A stretch of DNA of 64,000 nucleotides from Limisphaerales bacterium (lineage in GTDB: Bacteria; Verrucomicrobiota; Verrucomicrobiia; Limisphaerales; AAA164-E04): the NCBI GenBank assembly GCA_965203425.1, contig OZ241891.1, positions 2,031,127 through 2,095,126 on the forward strand, written 5' to 3'. Positions 27,374 through 36,159 of the stretch are shown here, piece after piece. Each line of letters starts with the position of its first letter. Within the stretch, counting starts at the first letter, position 1. Both the position numbers and the translations under genes were made by a program. The notes under the pieces were generated by a model, which was not told the DNA's origin, ran no database searches, and worked only from the letters and a program-made list of their open reading frames with translations.

Positions 27374-28111
27374 ATGGAAGCGAGAGCGGAGAATAGGGAT
27401 GAGTTGGCTCGTTTGGAGGTGGTTCTTGGTTATCGGTTTCAGCGGCGGGAACTTCTTCGACTTGCGTTGACGCATCCTTCGGCTGTTCGGCCGGGTGAGG
27501 GGGATTCCTTGCACAATCAGCGGTTGGAGTTTTTGGGGGATGCGGTGTTGCAGTTGGTGATCACGCATGAGCTTTATGAAAGGTTTGGCGATGCGGGCGA
27601 GGGGTTGCTAACGGCGGCGCGGGCTCGGCTGGTGAATGGTCGGTGTTTGGCGGCGCGGGCCGAGAGTTTGGGATTGGGGCAATATCTCCGAATGGGGCGT
27701 TGCGAGGAAATCAGCGGCGGGCGGGAGCGTCGGTCTATTTTGGGGAACGCTTTTGAGGCAGTGGCGGGGGCTGTGTATTTGGATTCTGGTTTTGTCTCGG
27801 CGCAACGGTGGATTCGACGTTTGTTTCAGGAGGAGTTGAGGAAAATTGAATTGATTCCCAGTTTGGACAATCCGAAGGGCGAGCTCCAAGAGATTCTGCA
27901 ATCCCGCTCTTCTAATCCTCCTCAATATCAAATAGAGTCGGTTTCCGGGCCGGATCACGACCGTTTGTTTGAGTGCGCCGCTTATCACGAAGGACGGGAG
28001 TTGGGACGAGGAATCGGGAAGAGCAAAAAGGAGGCGGAAAGCCGGGCCGCGCTGGAGGCTTTGGCTGTTTTGCGTTTGGAGGGAAAGGGTTCTGTTCCGC
28101 TGTTTGAATGA
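27374..28111 (+). CDS. rnc: ribonuclease III
   Basis: RNase III signature NQRLEFLGDAVL. C-terminal dsRBD-like region GPDHDRLFECAAYHEGRELGRGIGKSKKEAESRAA. Confidence 0.9.
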   Translation: MEARAENRDELARLEVVLGYRFQRRELLRLALTHPSAVRPGEGDSLHNQRLEFLGDAVLQLVITHELYERFGDAGEGLLTAARARLVNGRCLAARAESLGLGQYLRMGRCEEISGGRERRSILGNAFEAVAGAVYLDSGFVSAQRWIRRLFQEELRKIELIPSLDNPKGELQEILQSRSSNPPQYQIESVSGPDHDRLFECAAYHEGRELGRGIGKSKKEAESRAALEALAVLRLEGKGSVPLFE

Positions 28112-28146
28112 TTTTGGCCCGCGCTTATTTTTTCTTTTTCCATTTT

Positions 28147-29064
28147 TCAATTCTGGCGGATTCGGGGGTCTATGCGCCGGTAGGAGATGTCCACGAGGAT
28201 GTTGAGGAAGATTAAGAGAAACGCGTAAACCATGGCCAGTCCGACGATCATTGGATAGTCGCGGCTGAGCGAGCTTTGGATGAGGAAGACGCCGATGCCG
28301 GGGATTTGAAACAGGTTCTCGACGACAAACGAGCCTGTGAGCAAGTCCGCAAGCAAGGGGCCTGAGTAAGAAACGACGGGAAGCAGGCCAATCGGCAGAA
28401 CGTGGCGGATGAGGATGGTTGTTTCTCGAAGGCCTTTGGCGCGGGCGGCGACAATGAACTCCGATTGAAGCGTCGATTGAATTCCTTGATGAGCGAGGCG
28501 CGCCACATGGCCGGAATAGTAAATGCCCAAAGTGGCGACCGGCAGGAGAAAGTGGGCTGGCGAATCCAAGAGCGCCACCGGCAACCAACGGAGTTTGACG
28601 GCGAAGACCATGATCAGGATGGGTCCGACAACCAGCGCGGGAATGCAGATTGCGAGCATAGAGGCCGCATCCGCAAATAGCTGCGTTCCCTTGTGTTTTG
28701 CGGTTGCCGAAAGACAACCTAAGGGAACGCCCCAGCATACGCTAAAAACGAAGGCCAACCCGCCCAGCCAGAGAGAAATAGGAAGGCCTTGGGCAATGAC
28801 GTCGTTGACCGAATGGTTGCGGTGTTTGAGGGAGTTGCCAAAATCGCCTTGGGTTAACTGCCTTAGGTAGTTTAGGTATTGTTTCCATAAAGGAGCGTCG
28901 AGCAGGTATTTTTCGCGGAGAAGTCGTTCGGCTTCGGGCGAGGCTAATTCTCGTTCGCGGTCAAAGGGACCGCCGGGCGCCAGCCGAACCAGCATGAACG
29001 CAAGCAGGCTTACGATCAGCAACAGCGGAAAAATTCCAAGAAGTCTGCGCAGAAAAAAGTTCAT
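28147..29064 (-). CDS. ABC transporter permease, OppB/DppB-type
   Basis: Typical N-terminus FFLRRLLGIFPLLLIVSLLAFMLVRLAPGGPF, multiple TM segments, 305 aa. 4-nt overlap with the upstream SBP gene. Confidence 0.9.
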   Translation of the reverse strand: MNFFLRRLLGIFPLLLIVSLLAFMLVRLAPGGPFDRERELASPEAERLLREKYLLDAPLWKQYLNYLRQLTQGDFGNSLKHRNHSVNDVIAQGLPISLWLGGLAFVFSVCWGVPLGCLSATAKHKGTQLFADAASMLAICIPALVVGPILIMVFAVKLRWLPVALLDSPAHFLLPVATLGIYYSGHVARLAHQGIQSTLQSEFIVAARAKGLRETTILIRHVLPIGLLPVVSYSGPLLADLLTGSFVVENLFQIPGIGVFLIQSSLSRDYPMIVGLAMVYAFLLIFLNILVDISYRRIDPRIRQN

Positions 29065-30659
29065 TCTTCAATCCCGGAAAAAGTGCGCCCAATGAGCCGA
29101 ATCGGGTGTTCCGCTCGGACGTTGGGCTGAATTCCGATGATTTGGTTCGGGTTGTAGCATTCCATAGTCGCATAAAAGTAGAGGGGAATGATAGGAACTT
29201 CCCGTTCCACCAGGATTTCTTCGGCTTGCCGGAACCGTTGCATTCGGGTTGGCATTGTAACTTCAGAGTTAGCCTGTTCCAAAAACGCGTCATAAGCGGA
29301 GTGCTTCCATCCGGTTCGGTTGTTGCCGTTGTGCGATGCAAACACTTCGAGGAAGGTTTGGGGATCCAGATAGTCTCCCAACCAACTGCTGCGTGAAACA
29401 CCGTAGCGCAACTCCCGCTGGTCTTGCAGGTAGGCCTTCCATTCCAGTTGCCGAAGATTAGTTTTGACGCCGAGGTTTTCCCTCCACATGGACTGAATTT
29501 CCACCGCAATTTGCTCGTTCAGTTTGGAGCTGTTAAAGAGATAATCGATGGGAGGGAAGCCTTTTCCATTGGGGAAGCCGGCGTCTTTTAGCAACTCCTT
29601 TGCCGCCGCCGGATCGTAAGCCAAACCTTCGGCAGATTCATAGCCCGGAACTCCGGGCGGCACCAAATGACGGGCAATGCGTTCTCCTGCGCCCGTGATT
29701 TTCTCAACAATGCGTTGCCTGCGAATGGAAAGCGACAGCGCCCGGCGGACGCGCGAGTCTTGAAACGGCGCTTGATCAGTGTTGATTCGGAGAAAGTAAG
29801 TGCCGAAAAAATCCGCCAGGTGAAAGTCCGGACGATGACGAAGAATCCGTACAAGTTCCGTCGGAATCAACTCTCTGTCCCAAATAATGTCCGCGGCGCC
29901 GGTTTCATAAAGGTTGAGAGCGGCGCCGGGATGACTGGTGGGAAGGATGTCGACAATGTCCGAAACCACGTTGTCTCGATCCCAGTAGTTGGAATTTTTG
30001 GCCAGCCGAACGCGATCATTGAGCCGCCAAAAATCCAGCGTGTAGGCGCCGCTAACGGGAATGCCGGATTGCAACAGCCAGCGGTCGCCATGCCGTTCAA
30101 TCAGTTTCTGAGGAACAACCGCCAAAGTTGGAAACGCACAAATATCAAGAAAATAAGGCGTCGCTTGGTTGAGAGAAACCACCAGCGCCAAAGGCGATTC
30201 GACCCGAAGGCCGACTTTGTCAAAACTCGCAATCTCGCCGCGGTGAAACGCCTTCGCCCGGCGGACGCAGTAAAGAATACCTGCGTATTCGCACGCGCTT
30301 GCCGGTTCCAGCACCCGGCGCCACGAATAAAGAACGTCTTCCGCCGTCAAAGCCGTGCCGTCAGACCAGCGAAGCCCTTCGCGCAGATAGAAGCGATATT
30401 CCCTGCCGTCTTCATGGATACTCCACCACTCGGCTAATCCCGGCTCCGGCTTGCCAACGCCGTTTCGCCGAGTCAATCCTTCAAACAGCGAAGAGACAAT
30501 GCGGCCGTCGGCTTGCCCGTTGATGATGACGGGGTCCAGCGATTCGGGTTCTTTGCCGTTGATGATCACTAAGTCGGCCGGCGGAAGAGACATCGGCCCG
30601 CAAGCGGTGGCAACCGTCGTCAAGGCCGCCAAGGCCAGCGTTTGCGCTCGAAAAGTCAT
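29061..30659 (-). CDS. ABC transporter substrate-binding protein, family 5 (oligopeptide/dipeptide type), probable lipoprotein
   Basis: Start set at ATG 30659 (MTFRAQTLALAALTTVATAC, a signal/lipobox-like sequence). The body is family-5 SBP-like. The ATG overlaps the TGA of the HNH endonuclease gene (ATGA at 30656-30659). Confidence 0.85.
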   Translation of the reverse strand: MTFRAQTLALAALTTVATACGPMSLPPADLVIINGKEPESLDPVIINGQADGRIVSSLFEGLTRRNGVGKPEPGLAEWWSIHEDGREYRFYLREGLRWSDGTALTAEDVLYSWRRVLEPASACEYAGILYCVRRAKAFHRGEIASFDKVGLRVESPLALVVSLNQATPYFLDICAFPTLAVVPQKLIERHGDRWLLQSGIPVSGAYTLDFWRLNDRVRLAKNSNYWDRDNVVSDIVDILPTSHPGAALNLYETGAADIIWDRELIPTELVRILRHRPDFHLADFFGTYFLRINTDQAPFQDSRVRRALSLSIRRQRIVEKITGAGERIARHLVPPGVPGYESAEGLAYDPAAAKELLKDAGFPNGKGFPPIDYLFNSSKLNEQIAVEIQSMWRENLGVKTNLRQLEWKAYLQDQRELRYGVSRSSWLGDYLDPQTFLEVFASHNGNNRTGWKHSAYDAFLEQANSEVTMPTRMQRFRQAEEILVEREVPIIPLYFYATMECYNPNQIIGIQPNVRAEHPIRLIGRTFSGIEE

Positions 30660-31423
30660 ATGAGTTTTCCTCTCTTCGTTTCTTGCTCCCTTTTCTCCCG
30701 CATCCACTTTTCTATTTTGTCAATCACCTCATCATCCGCCCGACGAACCGGCCTAACGCCGGCTACGGTGCTGGGGCTTCCTTGTCCGTCAAAAGTAAAA
30801 TCTCCGCGCGAAGTTCTGTTACACCACCTGCATTGGGGAATAATATTTCCCGCTTCTAGATTTTTGTTTGGATCCATATGGCATTTTTCCAGAACCTCCA
30901 CTTTATACGTAGAATCAAACCGATGATACTCTCCTACCTTTGTGCCGCATGAAGCGCAAGTGTTGTTGTATTGTTTCAATATCTCTTCCCAATCACCTTC
31001 CGCCACTGCCGCCCTTCTTTGTAAAGTGGAATGCGGAAAAGACCGCTCGGTTGTCACTAATACATGGCAACCTTCCGGGTTATAGTATTCTTTTCCATCC
31101 ACTTGAACGGAATCTCCTCTGTTCAATATAAACCAGCCGCCTTGTGTTTTTAGATGTCGAACTTGTTGGTCGGTTGCCGATTTTCCCCGCAGTTTCTGTA
31201 TCAAAAGCGCAATATCGTCCTTGTGAACTGCCTTGCCCGCAAAGTGTTTTAGAATTGTCAGTTGATGCCATTTAGAAGTTCCTTTCTTCGGGAGTGTAAT
31301 TCCTGAATGTTTTAAATAGTTTTCCCAATCTGACTGAATTTCTTCAAACACGGCATATAATGTTTCTTTATCAATGGAAAGAACTTCTTCAGTTGGCACT
31401 CTTTCAAAGTAGTTTTTGTTCAT
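30656..31423 (-). CDS. HNH-type (beta-beta-alpha-Me) restriction endonuclease candidate
   Basis: CASCGTKVGEY...EKCHMDPNKNLEAGNIIPQCRWCN. It sits immediately downstream of, and overlaps, a DNA methyltransferase gene. Start set at ATG 31423 (MNKNYFERV). Confidence 0.7.
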   Translation of the reverse strand: MNKNYFERVPTEEVLSIDKETLYAVFEEIQSDWENYLKHSGITLPKKGTSKWHQLTILKHFAGKAVHKDDIALLIQKLRGKSATDQQVRHLKTQGGWFILNRGDSVQVDGKEYYNPEGCHVLVTTERSFPHSTLQRRAAVAEGDWEEILKQYNNTCASCGTKVGEYHRFDSTYKVEVLEKCHMDPNKNLEAGNIIPQCRWCNRTSRGDFTFDGQGSPSTVAGVRPVRRADDEVIDKIEKWMREKREQETKRGKLI

Positions 31424-32342
31424 CGCGAATTCTCTTTGCGGCAATGGCGGCATAATCAGGATCGATTTCAAATCCTATAAACCTGCGATTGTCTTGAAGC
31501 GCGGCCACTGCGGTAGTTCCGCTGCCTGTGAAGGGGTCTAATACAATTTGACCTTCTAGGGTAAACAGTCGGATTAGCTGCCGCATCACCGGCACTGGTT
31601 TGACGGTGATATGTCCTAACGCGTTTCCTTTTTTGGGTTTGGGACATTCCAAGATGGTACCGGGGAATCCATTGCCGAGGATGGATTGGTCGGGGGACAT
31701 CAAACCGGTTTTATGTTTGAGCCAGTTTTCGACAAAGGTTCCTTCTCGCGGCTTTTGCGCTAGCAGGATTGGCTCGAATTGCGGTTTTAGTTGAGGCGTT
31801 TTCTTTCCCGCAATTTCTTTGGCGATGCGGTTCTTTTCTGAATCGCTAATTTTCATTTTGCGGACAAAGTGATCTTGGGAAAACGCCTTTGCCTGGCCTT
31901 CGTATTTCCATGCGAGCATGTCCCGAATTTCAAAGCCCGCTTCATCCAAAGCGTCGCCAATGGCGTAGGCCAATCTTGCTTGGCTGAACATAGCGACGAA
32001 TCCGCCGGGTTTGAGAACTCGATGCAACGCCTTGCCGATTTCCAAAATAAATTCGCGCAGCCGTTTTGCTTGGCTCTTGTCGAACTTCATTCCCGCGGGC
32101 AATCCGCCAATCACTCCCGGCTTTACTCTTCGATTCAATTTGGATTTGTCCCAGTCTGTTCCCATTCCGTCCAGAAAATACGGCGGGTCCGTGGCCGCAA
32201 AATGCACAGATTCGGCGGGGATTTTGCGCATTCCCGGCAAGCAATTTTCACTGCGAATGCCAAATCGTTGGCTTTCAGGTTGCTTCGTTTTTTGGATAGA
32301 AACTGGCATCCTGTTTTCTGTTCGAGGGAGCCGGTAGAACAA
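31404..32342 (-). CDS. DNA methyltransferase, beta-class N6A/N4C (Type II-like)
   Basis: Motif IV is FAATDPPYFLDG and motif I is VLDPFTGSGTTAVAALQDNRRFIGFEID. An alternative start is MPVSIQ (32309). Confidence 0.85.
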   Translation of the reverse strand: MFYRLPRTENRMPVSIQKTKQPESQRFGIRSENCLPGMRKIPAESVHFAATDPPYFLDGMGTDWDKSKLNRRVKPGVIGGLPAGMKFDKSQAKRLREFILEIGKALHRVLKPGGFVAMFSQARLAYAIGDALDEAGFEIRDMLAWKYEGQAKAFSQDHFVRKMKISDSEKNRIAKEIAGKKTPQLKPQFEPILLAQKPREGTFVENWLKHKTGLMSPDQSILGNGFPGTILECPKPKKGNALGHITVKPVPVMRQLIRLFTLEGQIVLDPFTGSGTTAVAALQDNRRFIGFEIDPDYAAIAAKRIRDEQKLL

Positions 32343-32371
32343 GCAAAAACCGCGGAGTGATTTCTGGCTCG

Positions 32372-32866
32372 CTAATTGCTGGGATTGGGCGATTCGGCCG
32401 GTGTTTCTTGCGGCGGCGGAGTCGTTTCGGGAGTGGGGGCAGAGCCTGTTTCTTCCGGCGTTTCCAGTGGCTCGGCGGTGGAAGCGTTTGGCGGGTTGGC
32501 GTTGCCTTCTTCCAAAGCCGAATTTTCTGAATCGGCACCGGGGGCAACTGCGGGTTCGTTAGTGGTTTCGGCCGCTTGACGAGCCGCTTCTTGATTGATT
32601 AGGCGGTCTTCCTTGCCCAGATAGGTGTTCAAAGCGGACAGTGCCAACGCAAGTCCCAGGAAAATTCCGGCGCAGTATTTTGTAATTTGCGCCAGCGGAG
32701 TGCTGGCTCCGGCGCCAAAGATTGCTTCGGCGGTTCCGCCGCCGAAAGCAAGTCCCGCCCCGGCGTCTTTTTTGGGAAGCTGCGCGAGGATTAGGAACAC
32801 GAGCAAGATGCAAACGCCGACCAGAACGGCCGTGAAAAGAACGATGATTAGAGGGAGAAAAGACAT
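32372..32866 (-). CDS. secG: preprotein translocase subunit SecG with an extended P/E/T/A-rich C-terminus
   Basis: MSFLPLIIVLFTAVLVGVCILLVFLILAQLPKKDAGAGLAFGGG plus a second TM segment (YCAGIFLGLALALSAL). Confidence 0.8.
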   Translation of the reverse strand: MSFLPLIIVLFTAVLVGVCILLVFLILAQLPKKDAGAGLAFGGGTAEAIFGAGASTPLAQITKYCAGIFLGLALALSALNTYLGKEDRLINQEAARQAAETTNEPAVAPGADSENSALEEGNANPPNASTAEPLETPEETGSAPTPETTPPPQETPAESPNPSN

Positions 32867-32874
32867 AACAAAAA

Positions 32875-33639
32875 CTAAACTGAGTTAAAGACAATATCAG
32901 TAAAACTGCGAACGTCAAGAGACGCGCCGCCAACCAGAGCGCCATCCACATCAGGTTGGCTCATCAACTCCCGGGCGTTGCCGGGTTTGACGCTGCCGCC
33001 GTATTGTATTCGAATTTGCCGAGCAATCGAGCCTCCGTAAGTCGCCGACAGCCGGCCGCGAAGGAAGGCGTGAACTTCCTGCGCTTGCTCTGAAGAAGCC
33101 GTTTTCCCCGTGCCGATGGCCCAAACGGGTTCGTAGGCGAGGATGGTTTCTTGAACTTGCGCGGAGGCAAGTCCTGCAAGGCTTCCGGCGAGTTGTTCGT
33201 TGACGACGGCTTCGGTCTGTCCGCTCTCCCGTTGTTCCAAAGTTTCTCCAATGCAGACGATGGGTTTGATGTTGGCGGCGTGAGCGGCAGCGGCCTTTTG
33301 GGCGATGAGATCGTTGGTTTCTTTTTGGTATTGGCGTCTTTCGGAGTGTCCCAAAATGACGTATCGAACGAGGAATTCTTTGAGGAATTCAGCGGCAATT
33401 TCGCCGGTGCGGGCGCCGGCGCCGTGTTCGCTCATGTTTTGCGCACCGAGTCGGAGGTTGGAGTCAATGATTTCTTGGGAAACTTCGCTGAGGGCGGTAA
33501 ATGGCGGACAAACGACAATATCCACTTCCTTCACTTGGCCGAGATTTCGTTTGAGTCCGCGGACAAGGTCCAAAGCTTCGGCAACGGTTTTGTTCATTTT
33601 CCAATTGCCGACGATGATGAGTTTGCGGTCTTTTTCCAT
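32875..33639 (-). CDS. tpiA: triose-phosphate isomerase
   Basis: IIVGNWKMN, ILGHSERR and AYEPVWAIGTGKTAS. Confidence 0.92.
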   Translation of the reverse strand: MEKDRKLIIVGNWKMNKTVAEALDLVRGLKRNLGQVKEVDIVVCPPFTALSEVSQEIIDSNLRLGAQNMSEHGAGARTGEIAAEFLKEFLVRYVILGHSERRQYQKETNDLIAQKAAAAHAANIKPIVCIGETLEQRESGQTEAVVNEQLAGSLAGLASAQVQETILAYEPVWAIGTGKTASSEQAQEVHAFLRGRLSATYGGSIARQIRIQYGGSVKPGNARELMSQPDVDGALVGGASLDVRSFTDIVFNSV

Positions 33640-34133
33640 TATGCGTTGGGTGGTTTGCGGCTCGAAACGAGTTTACGCGTCGTTTTTGAATTATTTGAAA
33701 ACAGCGAGAGGCAATTGCCCCCGCCGTGTGTCGATACACACCTGATTATGCAATTACCTAATTGGGAGATCTGTAATTCCTTTCTAGTTTTGCTCTTAGC
33801 ATCTTCATTTCTTTCCGCCTGCTCAAATAAACCCAAAGATAGACAAACACACGGCCAAAAGATGATTGACAGGGAAGCCAGCCCGATGCGATCTTGAATG
33901 TGTAGCTCTCGTTTCATGATCAGCAACTCGATGGTTGTTTCCTTGTCCTCGTTATCCAACAGTTCAGGATACTCCCGTTTGTAGTATTCCCAAAACTTCT
34001 TGTCATTTGCTTCGGTAGGTTTGACTCTAGCCGCTTTCAAGGATTCCTGCCATTCTCTGTCAAACTCTGCCTGCCTTCGATTCTGTTCAGCCATGCGTCT
34101 GGCATCGTCCCATGCTTTGTTTGATGCTTTCAT
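33639..34133 (-). CDS. hypothetical protein with one central TM segment
   Basis: 164-aa ORF with a charged N-terminal half and the TM segment LASLSIIFWPCVCLSLGLF. Its TAA overlaps the tpiA ATG (TAATG) and its ATG overlaps the upstream ORF stop (ATGA). The C-terminal third looks non-protein-like. Confidence 0.4.
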   Translation of the reverse strand: MKASNKAWDDARRMAEQNRRQAEFDREWQESLKAARVKPTEANDKKFWEYYKREYPELLDNEDKETTIELLIMKRELHIQDRIGLASLSIIFWPCVCLSLGLFEQAERNEDAKSKTRKELQISQLGNCIIRCVSTHGGGNCLSLFSNNSKTTRKLVSSRKPPNA

Positions 34134-34312
34134 CCGTCCTCCTTCCTAATCTCTTCGGTCCAAGTCTTTGGCATCCAATTAGGTTTGTAATTATGGCACT
34201 TCTGAAGTCGTCGAAGTTTCCTGTAGTCTTCGTTTACCCAATCCCAAAGCAATCCAATCAGGATGGTAAATATAATGAACACACCCGCCACAATTATTAT
34301 TGACTCCGCCAT
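34130..34312 (-). CDS. small (60 aa) N-terminally membrane-anchored hypothetical protein
   Basis: MAESIIIVAGVFIIFTILIGLLWDW followed by a basic tail. It starts on the nucleotide right after the pgk stop codon. Confidence 0.4.
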   Translation of the reverse strand: MAESIIIVAGVFIIFTILIGLLWDWVNEDYRKLRRLQKCHNYKPNWMPKTWTEEIRKEDG

Positions 34313-35602
34313 TTACACACTCTCCTTTTCTTCTGCATGGCGACGCTCCTCAAAGCGTTTCTGCTTGTTGATTTCGGGAATGGCGGCGATACCGGGCAGG
34401 TCTTTGCCTTCTAGAAATTCAAGACTGGCGCCGCCGCCGGTGCTCATGAATGTGATTTGATCAGCAAGTCCGGCGCGGTTGACGGCCTTAACGCTGTCTC
34501 CGCCGCCAACGATGCTTTTTGCGCCATTGGTTTTGGTGGATTCGGCCACGGCCTTGGCGATGGCAAAGGTGCCAGCGGCAAAACGCTTGTCCTCAAAAAT
34601 ACCCACCGGCCCGTTCCATAGAATGGTTTTGGCTCGAGCGATTTCTGCGGCGTAGGTGGCAACCGTGTTGGTGCCGATGTCCACGCCTTCTTCGGAGTCG
34701 GGAATGTTGGGCTCGTTGTTGCACCGCAGGTTTTGGAAGGAACGGCCATTGGCGGAAACAACGGGAGTCGCCACCGTGGTGTCGGAGGGAAGAAGGAGAC
34801 GGACGCCTCGTGCCTTGGCTTTTTCCATTGCGGCTCTGGCCACGTCCGTTTTGTCCGATTCGACCAGCGATTTTCCAACGCTGCGTCCTTTGGCCAGCTG
34901 GAAAGTATAAGCCATGGCGCCGCCAATAAGCAAGACGTCCGCTTTTTCGATCAAACGGTCGATAACGGCAATTTTGTCCGAGACCTTGGCGCCGCCCAGA
35001 ATCACGACGAAGGGACGGGAGGGTTGTTCGAGTTCCTCTCCCAAAAACTTTATCTCGCGCTCCATTAAAAGACCGGCGGCACAAATGCCTCCCCGTTTGC
35101 TGACGACTTCGGCTACTCCTTGAATGGAGGCATGCGCGCGGTGGGAGGCCCCGAAGGCGTCATTCACATAGGCCTCGGCCGGCGCGGCGAGTTGAGCGGA
35201 AAAATCGGGATCGTTCGCCTCTTCTTCGGCGTAATAGCGAAGGTTTTCAAGCAACAAAACGTCGCCGGGCAACAACGCTGCCGCTGTCTTCTCCACCTTC
35301 TCGCCGACGCAGTCGTCCACAAACGCCACCGGGCGGGCGATCATGTCAGCCAGTTTCCCAGCCACCGGGCGAAGAGACAAAGCCGCCACTCGCCGCCCTT
35401 TCGGCCTTCCCAAATGCGCGGCCAAGAGTATCTTGGCGCCTTGCGCGATCAAGCGGTCCAGCGTGGGCAGGGTGGACTCGATTCGCGTGGCGTCGTTGAT
35501 GATCATCCGCCCATTCTCCTCCTCCATAGGCACGTTGTAGTCCACTCGAAGAAGAACTCGTTTCCCGCCGAAATCGACATCTTTGATCGAAAGCTTTGTC
35601 AT
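34313..35602 (-). CDS. pgk: phosphoglycerate kinase
   Basis: Start set at ATG 35602 (MTKLSIKDVDFGGKRVLLRVDYNVPM). Motifs ILLAAHLGRPKG, FVVILGGAKVSDKI and STGGGASLEFLEG. There is a ~20-aa C-terminal extension. Confidence 0.92.
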   Translation of the reverse strand: MTKLSIKDVDFGGKRVLLRVDYNVPMEEENGRMIINDATRIESTLPTLDRLIAQGAKILLAAHLGRPKGRRVAALSLRPVAGKLADMIARPVAFVDDCVGEKVEKTAAALLPGDVLLLENLRYYAEEEANDPDFSAQLAAPAEAYVNDAFGASHRAHASIQGVAEVVSKRGGICAAGLLMEREIKFLGEELEQPSRPFVVILGGAKVSDKIAVIDRLIEKADVLLIGGAMAYTFQLAKGRSVGKSLVESDKTDVARAAMEKAKARGVRLLLPSDTTVATPVVSANGRSFQNLRCNNEPNIPDSEEGVDIGTNTVATYAAEIARAKTILWNGPVGIFEDKRFAAGTFAIAKAVAESTKTNGAKSIVGGGDSVKAVNRAGLADQITFMSTGGGASLEFLEGKDLPGIAAIPEINKQKRFEERRHAEEKESV

Positions 35603-35937
35603 ATCCAAAAAAACAGAACGCAAAGCATAGCGAAGAAAAACGTTGAGGTCAAAGAGATTTTGAGGCGAGTCCGTCAAAATTTTTGAGACTGCCTAACGCC
35701 TCCCCCGCAAAGCCATTCCAACCCGCTGTGACTCCACGAACAGGCATCGGCGGATTTGTGGAATTGATTGCTTAACACCTGCCGATGCAAAAGAGAATCG
35801 TTTTTCCATTCCTTAGACGCGTCCACAGGTTTGGGAATCGACTCCTTATTTGTTGCCGCTTCAAAAGAATTGTTTCTTATTCATTAGCTGTCAAAGGTTG
35901 TTTGTTTATTGATTTTTTCTGGATCTGAATTTAGTAG

Positions 35938-36060
35938 TATGCGTCTGTCTTTTGCCCGCGCGTTTATAGGATTGGTAAAACGAAAACTATTGCGACGGAT
36001 TCGGTTATTAGTGCGTTTCGTGGATGACAAGATCGAATCGCATATTAAAAGAAAAGCATG
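35938..36060 (+). CDS. candidate 40-aa highly basic small ORF (may instead be part of a non-coding transcript)
   Basis: MRLSFARAFIGLVKRKLLRRIRLLVRFVDDKIESHIKRKA. A good intrinsic terminator follows 22 nt downstream. No RBS was evaluated. Confidence 0.2.
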
Positions 36061-36082
36061 AGATTTTGATTTGGCTTTCTTC

Positions 36083-36110
36083 TCCGCTGGGTTCTTATTC
36101 CAGCGGTTTT
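36083..36110 (+). terminator. rho-independent terminator candidate
   Basis: Stem ccgctgg (36083-36089), 9-nt loop, stem ccagcgg (36099-36105), then ttttt (36106-36110) followed by a-tttt. Confidence 0.5.
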
Positions 36111-36159
36111 TATTTTCTTCGCATTTTTTACTCGATGACGACTTAGTCGTCAGACAGTG

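Noticed and set aside
27608-28738. 376-aa minus-strand ORF spanning rnc and the ABC permease.
   Set aside because: It is Arg/Pro/Ser-rich and non-protein-like. It overlaps two well-supported genes, running out of frame with the permease and antisense to rnc.
28147-30659. The opp-like operon contains only an SBP and one permease. There is no second permease or ATPase gene before the convergent rnc.
   Set aside because: Split ABC transporter loci are common. Without the whole genome this is not evidence of decay or novelty.
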